Origin: a candidate division WWE3 bacterium GW2011_GWC2_41_23 | GTDB taxonomy: Bacteria > Patescibacteriota > WWE3 > UBA101185 > UBA10185 | DNA: 64,000 bases | Direction: 5' to 3' | NCBI GenBank assembly: GCA_000996895.1 | Contig: LCBB01000005.1 | Location: 11,421 to 75,420, forward strand | Shown here: positions 19,596 to 29,223 of the stretch, in pieces | Position numbering within the stretch: position 1 is the first letter of the stretch | How the letters are laid out: each line of letters begins with the position of its first letter | Translations under genes and position numbers: made by a program | The notes under the pieces: generated by a model | What the model was told of the DNA's origin: nothing | The model's database searches: none | What the model saw: the letters and a program-made list of their open reading frames with translations, nothing else

Positions 19596-19960
19596 GACCT
19601 GATTTGTTCCGCTAAAATACTCAACTCTTCTTTTGAAGGTATGCGCGGGTTCGTGTAAAAAGGGTAAAGCTTTATATGAAGGTGGTCTATTTCTAAACCT
19701 TCGATACGGGTAAGTACTCTTTCGCACCCGAGCTTCTTTTTTAATAACTCCGCGGTATTTTTTGCAGTGTTTATCGCTGCATCTATTATTTCTTTGTCAT
19801 TGTTGTAAAAATCGCTATCATAGTGTTCTTTTGTTACTACAACCGTCATTCCTACTGTTGTCGGGTTTATATCTAAAAACGAAATATGGGCGTCGTCTTC
19901 GTAAATAATTTCGGAAGGTATCTCGCGTCTCGCTATCTTACAAAATATGCAGTCTTTCAT
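19592..19960 (-). CDS. HIT-family (histidine triad) nucleotide hydrolase
   Basis: MKDCIFCKIARREIPSE N-terminus and the HxHxHxx motif HLHIKLY. Confidence 0.85.
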   Translation of the reverse strand: MKDCIFCKIARREIPSEIIYEDDAHISFLDINPTTVGMTVVVTKEHYDSDFYNNDKEIIDAAINTAKNTAELLKKKLGCERVLTRIEGLEIDHLHIKLYPFYTNPRIPSKEELSILAEQIRS

Positions 19961-20658
19961 ACCGCTATTGTATCAATTTTACGAAAAATGAAGTAATCGT
20001 TAGAGGAGGAATTTTTACCGTCATCTTCAAAGCTGTCTATCAAAGCAAGTCCGTTTTTCTTCATTAAATCAACAACCGCACTTTTTTCCGTCTGACTGTA
20101 CAGGTGGCAATAGCGTTGAAGACCGGGGTCTTTATCCCACCCGAGTAAAAAATCACCATCTTCCCCAAGTTTTTTTACAGCTTTAGAAATATCGAAATCC
20201 CAGAACGTGATTATAAGGAAGCCCCCATCCGTTACAGTTTTAGCTGCCCCGGTAAAAAACTTTGATTGCAACTCTAAGCCCGGGATATGGTGTGTAACGC
20301 CAAAACTTACCACTAAATCAAATTGAGCCGCAGGGAGTTCTTTAAGCGCATCCATTTTCGTAAAATCGCCGTCAGTGTAATTATGTCGTGCTTCCGCCAA
20401 TAACCCGTCGTTTAAATCAACTCCTGTGTATTTTATTTCAGCCGAAGGGAGACGTTCTTTCAAAAATCCCAGAAATCTTCCGTTGCCACAGCCGGCATCT
20501 AGCACGGTAATGGTAGAATGACCGTTGAAGGATAAAACATCAACCGCCCTACCCCATCCTTTCCAGTAATTCTGGCGGGTTTTTGAGAATGGAACCGAAG
20601 CCTTTTTATAGAACGCTTCGTTAAGTTTTAAAATCTCGTCAATTTGGGCCTGATTCAT
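19957..20658 (-). CDS. class I SAM-dependent methyltransferase
   Basis: Motif I VLDAGCGNGRFLGFL. Confidence 0.75.
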   Translation of the reverse strand: MNQAQIDEILKLNEAFYKKASVPFSKTRQNYWKGWGRAVDVLSFNGHSTITVLDAGCGNGRFLGFLKERLPSAEIKYTGVDLNDGLLAEARHNYTDGDFTKMDALKELPAAQFDLVVSFGVTHHIPGLELQSKFFTGAAKTVTDGGFLIITFWDFDISKAVKKLGEDGDFLLGWDKDPGLQRYCHLYSQTEKSAVVDLMKKNGLALIDSFEDDGKNSSSNDYFIFRKIDTIAV

Positions 20659-20660
20659 AA

Positions 20661-22382
20661 ATGAAAAAACAAATTGTTGATAGTTCTAAGATAATACCAA
20701 TGATACGCGATATTTCCAACGCCGCGGACGAAAAAGAAGTGTTGAAGGTTTTGTTCAGGAATTCCAAGGGATTGGATGATACGTATTCTAAAGCGACGCT
20801 GTTGGAGGAATACCAGACTTTGAAACAAGCCGGAAAGCTGACTTTAACAGATAAGGACGAAAAGCGGTTTTTAGAAAACATCAAAACAAAAAAAATCAGA
20901 ACAATGTCCGGTGTTACCCCTATAACAGTTCTTACCAAGCCGTACCCATGTCCGGGCAAATGTATCTTTTGTCCGAGCGACATACGTATGCCCAAGAGTT
21001 ATTTATCGAGCGAACCCGGAGCACAACGCGCGCACGACAACAAATTTGATCCGTACTACCAAACCTACAACAGACTTGTTGCTTATGAGAAAACAGGACA
21101 CCCCGTGAGCAAAATAGAACTTATTGTTCTGGGCGGGACATGGACATCTTACCCTGAGGCATATCAGCTTTGGTTTATTAAAAGATGTTTTGATGCTTTA
21201 AACGATTTTAAACCCGAAACCAACTCGCCTTATTTGGTTGTAAAAACCCAGTTGCCGTATGACGAAAAAAAACTGGTAAACCTTACCGGCACGTATAATT
21301 CTATCGTCGGATTATCCAGAAACGACAAAATGTTGGCAGGAGAAGATTCTACTTGGGAAGAACTTTTTGCTTCTCATGCCAAAAACGTTAACGCTTTATG
21401 CAAGTGCACGGGATTGGTTATAGAAACACGCCCGGACGAAATAACCAAAGACGAGGTTGTGAGAATTAGACGCCTCGGTGCCACGAAAGTGCAGATAGGT
21501 ATTCAAAGCCTTAATGACAAGGTATTGAAGATAAACAAAAGAGGACACACTGTCGCAAAAACCGCCGAAGCTTTCACTTTATTAAGAGAGACGGGGTTCA
21601 AGATACATGCTCATTGGATGCCGAATCTATACGGTGCCACCCCCGCATCCGATATAAAAGATTTTTCAAAATTATTTGCAGATAAAAAGTTCAGACCGGA
21701 TGAGCTTAAAATCTATCCTTGTTCTTTAGTAGAAGGCACGGAACTTATGGGACTTCATAACTCAGGGGACTGGAAACCTTATACCGAAAAAGAGCTTTTA
21801 CATGTTTTTAAAAATATTCTTCCTACAGTCCCCCGCTACTGCCGCGTAACCCGTGTTGTGCGCGACATTTCAGGTTTGGACATCGTGGCCGGTAACAGAA
21901 AAACCAATTTTAGACAAATAGCCGAAGCAGAGCTGGAAAAAGACAAAACTAAACTTTCGGAAATAAGATCCAGAGAAATTAAGGACAAGAGAGTAAACAG
22001 GGAAGATTTGGTTTATAAAGAAACTACTTATCTTACAGCAGGCACGAAAGAATATTTTTTAGAGTTTGTGACAGACGAAGATAAAATCGCCGCTTTTCTT
22101 AGACTTTCTTTGCCGACAAGGCAGGCAAAAATTTCCGAAATAGAAGATTCAGCGGTGCTTCGGGAAATTCATGTCTATGGGGGAAGTGTTGTTGTAGGCA
22201 AGGGAGAAGTAGGCAGGGCCCAGCACGTTGGTTTGGGCAAAGAACTAATAAAGAAAGCCTCAGATATATCCCGCGCGGCGGGTTTTGAGAGGCTTTCAGT
22301 AATCTCCTCGGTAGGAACCAGGGGTTACTACTCCGGAATTGGTTTCACACAGGGCGCTTTGTACCAACACTTAAAACTTTAA
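20661..22382 (+). CDS. elp3: ELP3-like tRNA wobble-uridine modifying enzyme (radical SAM plus GNAT acetyltransferase)
   Basis: Radical SAM cysteine triad YPCPGKCIFCP. ELP3-type LIVLGGTWTSYPEAYQ block. C-terminal GNAT with EIHVYGGSVVVG...QHVGLGKELIKKA. Length 573 aa, typical for ELP3. Confidence 0.85.
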   Translation: MKKQIVDSSKIIPMIRDISNAADEKEVLKVLFRNSKGLDDTYSKATLLEEYQTLKQAGKLTLTDKDEKRFLENIKTKKIRTMSGVTPITVLTKPYPCPGKCIFCPSDIRMPKSYLSSEPGAQRAHDNKFDPYYQTYNRLVAYEKTGHPVSKIELIVLGGTWTSYPEAYQLWFIKRCFDALNDFKPETNSPYLVVKTQLPYDEKKLVNLTGTYNSIVGLSRNDKMLAGEDSTWEELFASHAKNVNALCKCTGLVIETRPDEITKDEVVRIRRLGATKVQIGIQSLNDKVLKINKRGHTVAKTAEAFTLLRETGFKIHAHWMPNLYGATPASDIKDFSKLFADKKFRPDELKIYPCSLVEGTELMGLHNSGDWKPYTEKELLHVFKNILPTVPRYCRVTRVVRDISGLDIVAGNRKTNFRQIAEAELEKDKTKLSEIRSREIKDKRVNREDLVYKETTYLTAGTKEYFLEFVTDEDKIAAFLRLSLPTRQAKISEIEDSAVLREIHVYGGSVVVGKGEVGRAQHVGLGKELIKKASDISRAAGFERLSVISSVGTRGYYSGIGFTQGALYQHLKL

Positions 22383-22763
22383 GTATTGTTCAGCATATTT
22401 ACCGATTATCGGTAAAGGTTCTTTCTTTTCGGAAGCTGCGTTAAGAATTCCCAGGACCCAAAGGACCACGAGAGCTATCGAACCCAGCATTCCGATTATC
22501 CCAATAACGGGGATGTATGAGATCAATGATATTCCTACTCCTAGTATCAAAATCAGAATTGATTGTTTGACGTGAAACTTAACAAAGTCATTATCTTTGT
22601 ACTCGGTAAGGAGGGGAAGGAAGAATATGAAATAAGCTACTATAGCCATAACCCTTGAATTGTCAGTCGGGCTGGTTTGAGGAGCTGTGGCTTCAGGTTG
22701 CGCGCCAGGAGTCACATCGTTAGTTGTTGGTTCTACTACTTGATTTTCGTCCACAAAAATCAC
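22371..22763 (-). CDS. small membrane protein (DUF4870-like)
   Basis: 130 aa. Three hydrophobic helices after an N-terminal unstructured segment. Confidence 0.45.
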   Translation of the reverse strand: MIFVDENQVVEPTTNDVTPGAQPEATAPQTSPTDNSRVMAIVAYFIFFLPLLTEYKDNDFVKFHVKQSILILILGVGISLISYIPVIGIIGMLGSIALVVLWVLGILNAASEKKEPLPIIGKYAEQYLKF

Positions 22764-22785
22764 CTCCTCAATTATATAAATACTG

Positions 22786-23502
22786 TTACAGGTTCGATTC
22801 TACTATCTCTACACTTAATATCTTAACAGGTTTTACAGGTTTTGAAGCCTCCCCGCTCGGACTTACCGTGATTTCCGCTTCGGCAATTTTATCGACTACT
22901 TCTATGCCTTCGCTGACTTTACCGAATATCACATAATCTTTCGGCAACATGGGGTAATTCTGGTGCATAATAAAAAACTGGCTTCCGTTAGTGTTTGGGC
23001 CTGCGTTTGCCATTGCAATAGTGCCTCTTGTGTATTCCCCCTCGAAAGGTTCGTCGTCAAATTGATATCCCGGTCCGCCTGCCCCGGTACCGTCAGGGTC
23101 TCCGCCTTGTATCATAAAACCCTTTACTACCCTGTGGAAAATTACATTGTTATAGAAATCAGCCTTTGAAAGGCTTACAAAATTATTCACCGTTATTGGG
23201 GTTTTATCCGCGTACAGGTCAATTTTTATAACACCTTCTGTCGTAGTCATCACTGCCGTATATTTTTTGGTTAAGTCTAGGCTCATTTTAAAAGGCTCCT
23301 TATTAATGTTTCCCGTAGGATTAATTTGATAATTATCTTTCTCCGACGGACTTGACTCCGCCGTATCCAGTTTTCGTAAAACGTTAGTTTTCTTTTCCTC
23401 TTGTTTTACACGACCTTCAGGTATTTTGGAACCGAAAACCGCCAGTCCGAATAAAATAAGTGCGGGTAAAAGTATGGCTATGTACACTGCTTTATTTTTC
23501 AT
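22786..23502 (-). CDS. secreted peptidyl-prolyl cis-trans isomerase, cyclophilin type
   Basis: HRVVKGFMIQGGDP and GTIAMANAGPNTNGSQFFI cyclophilin signatures, plus an N-terminal membrane anchor. Confidence 0.9.
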   Translation of the reverse strand: MKNKAVYIAILLPALILFGLAVFGSKIPEGRVKQEEKKTNVLRKLDTAESSPSEKDNYQINPTGNINKEPFKMSLDLTKKYTAVMTTTEGVIKIDLYADKTPITVNNFVSLSKADFYNNVIFHRVVKGFMIQGGDPDGTGAGGPGYQFDDEPFEGEYTRGTIAMANAGPNTNGSQFFIMHQNYPMLPKDYVIFGKVSEGIEVVDKIAEAEITVSPSGEASKPVKPVKILSVEIVESNL

Positions 23503-23532
23503 AATTTTAATTGGGCAGCAGTAGTATAAAAC

Positions 23533-23802
23533 TTATTTCCAAAATCGCCACCTCAAACTTCCTTCAACTTTGTCTTTATATAGAGCAGTAAAAAGGCACG
23601 CCAAAATTATTACGTCTAACAAAAATCTTATTCCGTCTTTCGTTGAGATAATTTTTTCCCAGATTCCATTCGTGCATGCCGACAATATTAGCAGAATAAT
23701 TAAAACAAGTGTAGAAAGCCACCCCTCCCATGAAATAGGTGTAAAACCGTAGCCAAGCCTTTTAGGTCTAAACCAAAACTTACTCATAAAATAAGTATAC
23801 AA
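23533..23802 (-). CDS. small membrane protein, hypothetical
   Basis: 89 aa with two hydrophobic helices. Confidence 0.35.
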   Translation of the reverse strand: MYTYFMSKFWFRPKRLGYGFTPISWEGWLSTLVLIILLILSACTNGIWEKIISTKDGIRFLLDVIILACLFTALYKDKVEGSLRWRFWK

Positions 23803-23832
23803 AATATGTTGAAAATCTAATAAACTTTAAAT

Positions 23833-25173
23833 GTGAGTCCAAAACACATTTTAACCGATCCCTGTACTTTGGTTGTTTTTACCTACGCTCCAGCAGGGCT
23901 GGGGCACCTGCGTGTCACTAATTCCTTATCAGCAGGGCTCCCGAAAGGGGTAAAAACGGTATTACTGGGTTCTTCCGACAAAGGCATTGAGGCAATCCAC
24001 AAATTCATTAGCATACACGTTGTTACCCGTCGGCTGATGGAGTGGTTTCAACGTGGGCGTCCCCAAAAAATATTTACATTTTTCTACAGAAAGTATTTAA
24101 GATCCTACTCCGACGAAATGAAGAGGAAGATTGAAGAAATATTTGAGCAGCAAGTGGATATTCCGAAAAAAGTTGTAATTGTTGCGACTCATTTTGGGTT
24201 GGCTCATAAAATCGCAAAAGTAAAAAAAGAAATAGAAAAAAAGACAGGCGCAAAAATAATACTGGTAGTCCAGGTGACTGATGATACCCCGCAGTATATT
24301 TGGTACGTCCCCGGAGCCGACGTAATATTTGTGCCCAGCAGAAGAACAATGCTGGAATTAAAAGAGTACGCGTTAAAAAGCAATTTAGAAAAAGTGAAAA
24401 TTGAAGTGCTTCCCTACCCCGTGAATCCGCTGCTAAGTAAGAAATTGAGTAGCAAAGATTACGACAAACGTATAAGACAGGTGTCTGAGGGCACCGGCGA
24501 AGTAATAGATTTCTGCATGCCGGTCCCGGGAGCCGCGGTAGGAATGGATTTTTTGCACCACCTTATACCCCAGCTTCAGTCAAAGTATTCAAGATTTAGG
24601 TTCCACATCGTATGCAAAGAGGTACCATTTACACGCCGGTTTTTGGAGGAAGTGAGAACTTTTCCTAATGTACAACTTCATACTTCTAAACATGATCGGG
24701 AGATTGTGGATGTTTACGATAAAATTTACGAAGAAAACGTTATTTCGTTCGAGGTTACAAAACCCAGCGAACAGGCATTTAAAGCTCTTTACGATTTTGA
24801 CATGAGAGGAGGTTCCGTTCTCCTATTCTCTAATCCCGTCGGAAGGCAGGAAAGGGACAATCTGGATTTTCTAAGAAGGCACGGTTTAATTTTTGACCAA
24901 AAAATCACTCAGCGTTTGTGGAGTTACGCGGACGACGGAAAATCTATGAGCGGCGTAATGAAAAAAAGTTTGATGACGGAATGTAACGCACTCAGATGTT
25001 TCCAACTACCGTTTGGTTCCCAGCGTGCCGCCAATTTTATATGGTGGTGCCTGAAAAACAGAGTTTTCGAGTGCATGATAAGTAACTATTCTAACGCCGC
25101 CGCTAATAGTGATTTTGAAACCCGTTCCAACGGAGTCGAACAATTTTGGTCTAAAGTATCTTTGCTAGTATAA
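23833..25173 (+). CDS. hypothetical protein, possibly GT-B-like glycosyltransferase
   Basis: 446 aa. N-terminal YAPAGLGHLR resembles the Gly-rich N-terminal motif of MurG/MGDG-synthase-like enzymes. Weak. Confidence 0.35.
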   Translation: MSPKHILTDPCTLVVFTYAPAGLGHLRVTNSLSAGLPKGVKTVLLGSSDKGIEAIHKFISIHVVTRRLMEWFQRGRPQKIFTFFYRKYLRSYSDEMKRKIEEIFEQQVDIPKKVVIVATHFGLAHKIAKVKKEIEKKTGAKIILVVQVTDDTPQYIWYVPGADVIFVPSRRTMLELKEYALKSNLEKVKIEVLPYPVNPLLSKKLSSKDYDKRIRQVSEGTGEVIDFCMPVPGAAVGMDFLHHLIPQLQSKYSRFRFHIVCKEVPFTRRFLEEVRTFPNVQLHTSKHDREIVDVYDKIYEENVISFEVTKPSEQAFKALYDFDMRGGSVLLFSNPVGRQERDNLDFLRRHGLIFDQKITQRLWSYADDGKSMSGVMKKSLMTECNALRCFQLPFGSQRAANFIWWCLKNRVFECMISNYSNAAANSDFETRSNGVEQFWSKVSLLV

Positions 25174-25180
25174 TAAGTAT

Positions 25181-25723
25181 ATGGAGAAAGCGCCTTCAAA
25201 AAAACTCCCGCTGTTTGGAATCTTAGTAGTTTTTATCATAATAGCGGCGTTTTTAAGCTCTATAATATTCGTTCTAAAAGATGTGGAACTCAAGCCTCTT
25301 CCGGATACTCAGGTTCAACCCGATGTCACCGAGAGAGAAATAGGAACAGATGCAGTAGTGGAAAGACAGACGGGTGTAATAACAGGATCTTTAGGATACC
25401 CTAGTGAGATGATTCCCGTCACAATGGAAATATGTGCAATAGATATTTTGTTCCCCGGTATTTACTGCACCGACGAACATTTGCAGGACAGCTCATTCAC
25501 ATACGGAGTAGGATATCGTCTCGAGGTACCGGCAAGCGATTATTACGTATTCGCTCAAGTACCTAATCAACCCGACGCAACAGGCGAGACTTATAAAGCT
25601 TATTACTCCGAATTTGTAACCTGCGGAATGGATGTAGCATGTTCAAGTCATGAGCCGATAAAAGTTACGATAAAGCAAGGTGAGACTGTAGACAAAGTCG
25701 ACCCTCAGGACTGGTATAAATAA
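25181..25723 (+). CDS. membrane-anchored hypothetical protein
   Basis: 180 aa. N-terminal TM (LPLFGILVVFIIIAAFLSSIIFVL) and a soluble C-terminal domain with several Cys. Confidence 0.45.
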   Translation: MEKAPSKKLPLFGILVVFIIIAAFLSSIIFVLKDVELKPLPDTQVQPDVTEREIGTDAVVERQTGVITGSLGYPSEMIPVTMEICAIDILFPGIYCTDEHLQDSSFTYGVGYRLEVPASDYYVFAQVPNQPDATGETYKAYYSEFVTCGMDVACSSHEPIKVTIKQGETVDKVDPQDWYK

Positions 25724-26539
25724 ATGTATATTGCTGTAGACATGGGTGCTACAAAAACCCGAATAGCCTCCTCCGAAGATTTAAGTTCCCTGTTGAAAGT
25801 AAAGAGGTTTTACACAAATAAGAATCCCGTAACTCAAAAGCAGATAATTTCTTCGGGTATTAACGAACTTACCGCAGGAAAAGAACCTGCTTTCGTTTGT
25901 TTCGGAGTTCCGGGTGCTGTTGATAGACAAATCGGGAATTTTGTCAAAGTTCCCAATTATAAAGAAATAAACGGAAAGCCATTTACGGCACTTTTGGACG
26001 AAAAATACCTGGGCAACGCTTTTGTTGAGAATGACGCGGCATTGGGAGCCGTCGGAGAGGCCATTTTGGGCGCGGGTAAAGACTTTCAACGGGTCGGATA
26101 CCTAACGTTCGGTACGGGCACGGGTGGGGCGCTTGTCGTCAAAAAAGGACATGGGGAATTCGGGTATGAGAGCGGTGAACCAGGGCACACCATAATAGTA
26201 CCGGGAGGGCGTGTCGCTTCTTCGTGCAACCACGCAGGTTGTATGGAAGCATATACGTCCGGTCACTCTTTCGAAGCGTTATTTAATATAAAACCGCAAA
26301 ATTGTTCGGATAAAGGGGTGTGGGCAAAATACGCGGAATACGTAAATCTTGGATTAAGCAGCATTTATATGACATGGAAATGCGATATCTTTATAATTGG
26401 AGGAAGTATGGCTCTTGAGTATGATTTATTTTCCGAGTTTTTGAAAGCTCCCGTACCCGTAGTCAGATCTCTAACTTTGGATGATGCCGGCGTGTACGGA
26501 GGGTTCGTTCTCACTAAGCAGATATTGTCTTCACGGTAG
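25724..26539 (+). CDS. ROK-family sugar kinase (glucokinase-like)
   Basis: N-terminal MYIAVDMGATKTRIA ATPase fold. GE.GH and C.HAGC.E zinc-motif region (GEPGHTIIVPGGRVASSCNHAGCMEAYTSG). Confidence 0.7.
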   Translation: MYIAVDMGATKTRIASSEDLSSLLKVKRFYTNKNPVTQKQIISSGINELTAGKEPAFVCFGVPGAVDRQIGNFVKVPNYKEINGKPFTALLDEKYLGNAFVENDAALGAVGEAILGAGKDFQRVGYLTFGTGTGGALVVKKGHGEFGYESGEPGHTIIVPGGRVASSCNHAGCMEAYTSGHSFEALFNIKPQNCSDKGVWAKYAEYVNLGLSSIYMTWKCDIFIIGGSMALEYDLFSEFLKAPVPVVRSLTLDDAGVYGGFVLTKQILSSR

Positions 26540-26541
26540 AA

Positions 26542-27624
26542 CTAATTGTGGTTAAATAGGGCTTTTGCCATATCCCAATAAGTGGGTGTGTTATTGTTTT
26601 CCTTTTCCCACAACCACCACTCTGCCCCCCAAAAATATAAATCGCGGAAACCGCTTTTTTGAGCGTATGTAATAGTCGATAAAAAGTCGGTGACTGACAT
26701 CGTTTGATTCTTTTCCTCATTTGTAAGCTTGGAATTTATTCTGGGACCCCAGGGCTCGGCTTGTAATTCCGTAACAATTATTCTTTCAATGGGGACGCCC
26801 ATCATATGAGCACGTACCGCGTATGACCAGTGAGATAAAGGGTATTGGAAATAAAAGGCGCTTTTTGTAAGAGTTCCCCAAAAATCATACCAAATCTTTC
26901 TATACATTGATATACCGAGGTAATCGGCCATCTGGTAGCTGGGAAACCAAAAACCGCCTTCTCCGCTATCCTGGATAAGAATGGGTCTTTCGTCTAACGC
27001 GCGGACCAACTGTATTTCATGTTCTACGGTAGATTTTTTTACTGAAATGCATTCACCGAATGGGAAAAAAGGTTCGTTTTCTACCTGCCACATCTTTACG
27101 GAGTTGTAACTCTGTAATTCCATTACAGTTCTTATAATGTATTCATATAGTTCCTTATCTCTTTCATCTTCACTGCTCATTGCTTTCCACCAGCTCGGCT
27201 CAAAACATTCCGGATATCTGGGAACTTTTCTTCCGATTGCCAAAATTACGTTAACGTTCCTTTTGTCCGCTTCTTCGAGCTGCCATTTTATATCTTTGTA
27301 GTTGTAAATTTCAGGAGTAACCTCTATCTCATCCCAATAAGCTATTAATCTTAGATTTCGCGCTCCCAGATCATCGAGTATTTTTATGTAAGCATCTTTC
27401 CAGTTAAGTCCTATCTGGTGTGCATACTTACTGGAAAAGGTAACACCGTATTTATTGTCAGTTCTTGTTTCGGGTTTGAGAAAATAGAAAATTAAAAAGG
27501 GAAATGCGGTCAACATTACGAGTGTTATCAAAACAATGCGGGTTAACGGTAATCCGAAAAGTTTTCCAATGTATTCCCAAGCTTTTGAGGCCTGTTTTTT
27601 AAGGGCAGTTTGTCGGCGGAACAT
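26542..27624 (-). CDS. membrane-anchored glycoside hydrolase, clan GH-A TIM barrel (mannanase/cellulase-like)
   Basis: Acid/base motif MWQVENEPFF (NEP) and candidate nucleophile IVTELQAEPWG. N-terminal TM. Confidence 0.6.
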   Translation of the reverse strand: MFRRQTALKKQASKAWEYIGKLFGLPLTRIVLITLVMLTAFPFLIFYFLKPETRTDNKYGVTFSSKYAHQIGLNWKDAYIKILDDLGARNLRLIAYWDEIEVTPEIYNYKDIKWQLEEADKRNVNVILAIGRKVPRYPECFEPSWWKAMSSEDERDKELYEYIIRTVMELQSYNSVKMWQVENEPFFPFGECISVKKSTVEHEIQLVRALDERPILIQDSGEGGFWFPSYQMADYLGISMYRKIWYDFWGTLTKSAFYFQYPLSHWSYAVRAHMMGVPIERIIVTELQAEPWGPRINSKLTNEEKNQTMSVTDFLSTITYAQKSGFRDLYFWGAEWWLWEKENNNTPTYWDMAKALFNHN

Positions 27625-27628
27625 AGTT

Positions 27629-28819
27629 TTACTTCACAGTTCCATTCTTACATATTTCAGCGTAATCATAAAAGGATTTTCTTGGTGTGCGCTTTAAGCC
27701 GTCATTACGGTCTACCTCTATTAGCCCGAATCTTGGCCAAAAACCATGATGCCACTCGTAGTTATCCAGCAGAGACCAGTAAAAATATCCTTTAACTTTT
27801 ACCCCGCGTGAAAGGGCCGCGTGTACTTGAGTCAGCATTTTTTTAATAAAATCAGTTCTTTGGGTGTCACGGCTGTCTGCCAATCCGTTTTCAGTAATAT
27901 AAATGGGCAGGTTGTACTTTTTCAAACTCATCAGAACTTTGTATAACCCGTCGTAGTTTATCCACCAGCCAAGATCATTAACAGGATTATCAGGGTTGCG
28001 GATTTTAAGTTTTACAACACGGTTAGTAAAGTAATAGTTTAGACCTATGAAATCCAGATTTTTAGAAATAGGTTTCAAAAAGAAATCGCTGTTGAAAAAA
28101 TATAATATTTTTGCGATAAACTTGTCGAGGAACGTGTAGGTCGAGTATTCATACCATGAAATATTTTTAACAATTCCGACGGGCTTTTTATACATCTCTT
28201 TAATTTTTTTATAGGCCAGGTTGTGTCCGCGCATCAGATTTATTTGGGCGATTAAAGACAGAAGCAGGGATTTTTTATTCGGCGGCCACGTCCCCGCTAT
28301 ATAAGACATAGCGGCGTAGACTTGCGGTTCGTTTATGGTTGCGATCGTATCACAGTGTTCTCCTAGAAATTCAGCACTTTTTTTTGCAAAAGAGGCAAAT
28401 AGCGAAGGCGTTTTAAAATTGAGCCATCCTCCCATTTCGGCTAACCAGACAGGGTTTGTAAAGTGATGCAAAGTAACAAAGGTTTTAAGTCCTTTTTCCT
28501 GGGCAGACTTAAGTACCTTTCTATAGTGATCCAGAGCTTTAGTGTCGAATGTGCCTTGTCTGGGTTCAATTCTAGCCCACTCGATACTTAATCGGACAGC
28601 GTTGTTATTCATCTGCCGGCACAATTCAAAATCTTCCGCGTACCTGTTGTACGAATCACAAGCCTCTCCTGAGGACTCTAAAGGCAAATCTCTTTTTCCG
28701 TCTTTCTCCACTTCCCATTTCCACCAGTCACAATTCGTATTATTACCTTCGGTTTGATGAGCTGAAGTGGCGGTGCCCCATATAAAATCTTTCGGAAAGT
28801 CCATGTTTATAGTATACAT
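27629..28819 (-). CDS. GH1 beta-glucosidase
   Basis: GH1 N-terminal signature FIWGTATSAHQTEG. Nucleophile motif YITENG. NEP acid/base (TINEPQ). Confidence 0.9.
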   Translation of the reverse strand: MYTINMDFPKDFIWGTATSAHQTEGNNTNCDWWKWEVEKDGKRDLPLESSGEACDSYNRYAEDFELCRQMNNNAVRLSIEWARIEPRQGTFDTKALDHYRKVLKSAQEKGLKTFVTLHHFTNPVWLAEMGGWLNFKTPSLFASFAKKSAEFLGEHCDTIATINEPQVYAAMSYIAGTWPPNKKSLLLSLIAQINLMRGHNLAYKKIKEMYKKPVGIVKNISWYEYSTYTFLDKFIAKILYFFNSDFFLKPISKNLDFIGLNYYFTNRVVKLKIRNPDNPVNDLGWWINYDGLYKVLMSLKKYNLPIYITENGLADSRDTQRTDFIKKMLTQVHAALSRGVKVKGYFYWSLLDNYEWHHGFWPRFGLIEVDRNDGLKRTPRKSFYDYAEICKNGTVK

Positions 28820-28824
28820 TCGCC

Positions 28825-29214
28825 GTGCAGGTGAAGGAAGAATATGTACTTAAGCGGTTAAGTTTGTATAATAAGCGTATGAAACTACTGCTTAAACTTG
28901 TGATAGCCACGTTGGCGATTTTCGTAGCTTCCCGTCTTATTCCCGGCGTCGTGGTGGAAGATTTGGTTACTGCCTTAATTGTTGCCATAGTTTTGGGCAC
29001 TCTGAACCTGTTTGTGAAACCAATCCTCATACTTTTAACCCTTCCTATTACTCTAATAACCTTCGGTTTATTTACCTTTGTAATAAGCGCTTTTATCGTT
29101 CTATTTACGTCTTCGCTTGTACCGGGATTTCAGGTAGCAAGTATCTGGACAGCCCTTTTATTCAGCGTTGTCGTTTCGATAATAAACTCGTTTCTTAACA
29201 AAGTTGTCGATTAA
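28825..29214 (+). CDS. small 4-TM membrane protein, phage-holin-4-like (PF04020/YvlD-like)
   Basis: LIPGVVVEDLVTALIVAIVLGTLNLFVKPILILLTLPITLITFGLFTFVISAFIVL is a typical PF04020 core. The true start may be the internal Met near 28879. Confidence 0.5.
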   Translation: MQVKEEYVLKRLSLYNKRMKLLLKLVIATLAIFVASRLIPGVVVEDLVTALIVAIVLGTLNLFVKPILILLTLPITLITFGLFTFVISAFIVLFTSSLVPGFQVASIWTALLFSVVVSIINSFLNKVVD

Positions 29215-29223
29215 ACTGCCCGG

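Noticed and set aside
20639-20995. ORF 20639-20995 (-)
   Set aside because: Antisense to the ELP3 5' region. No support.
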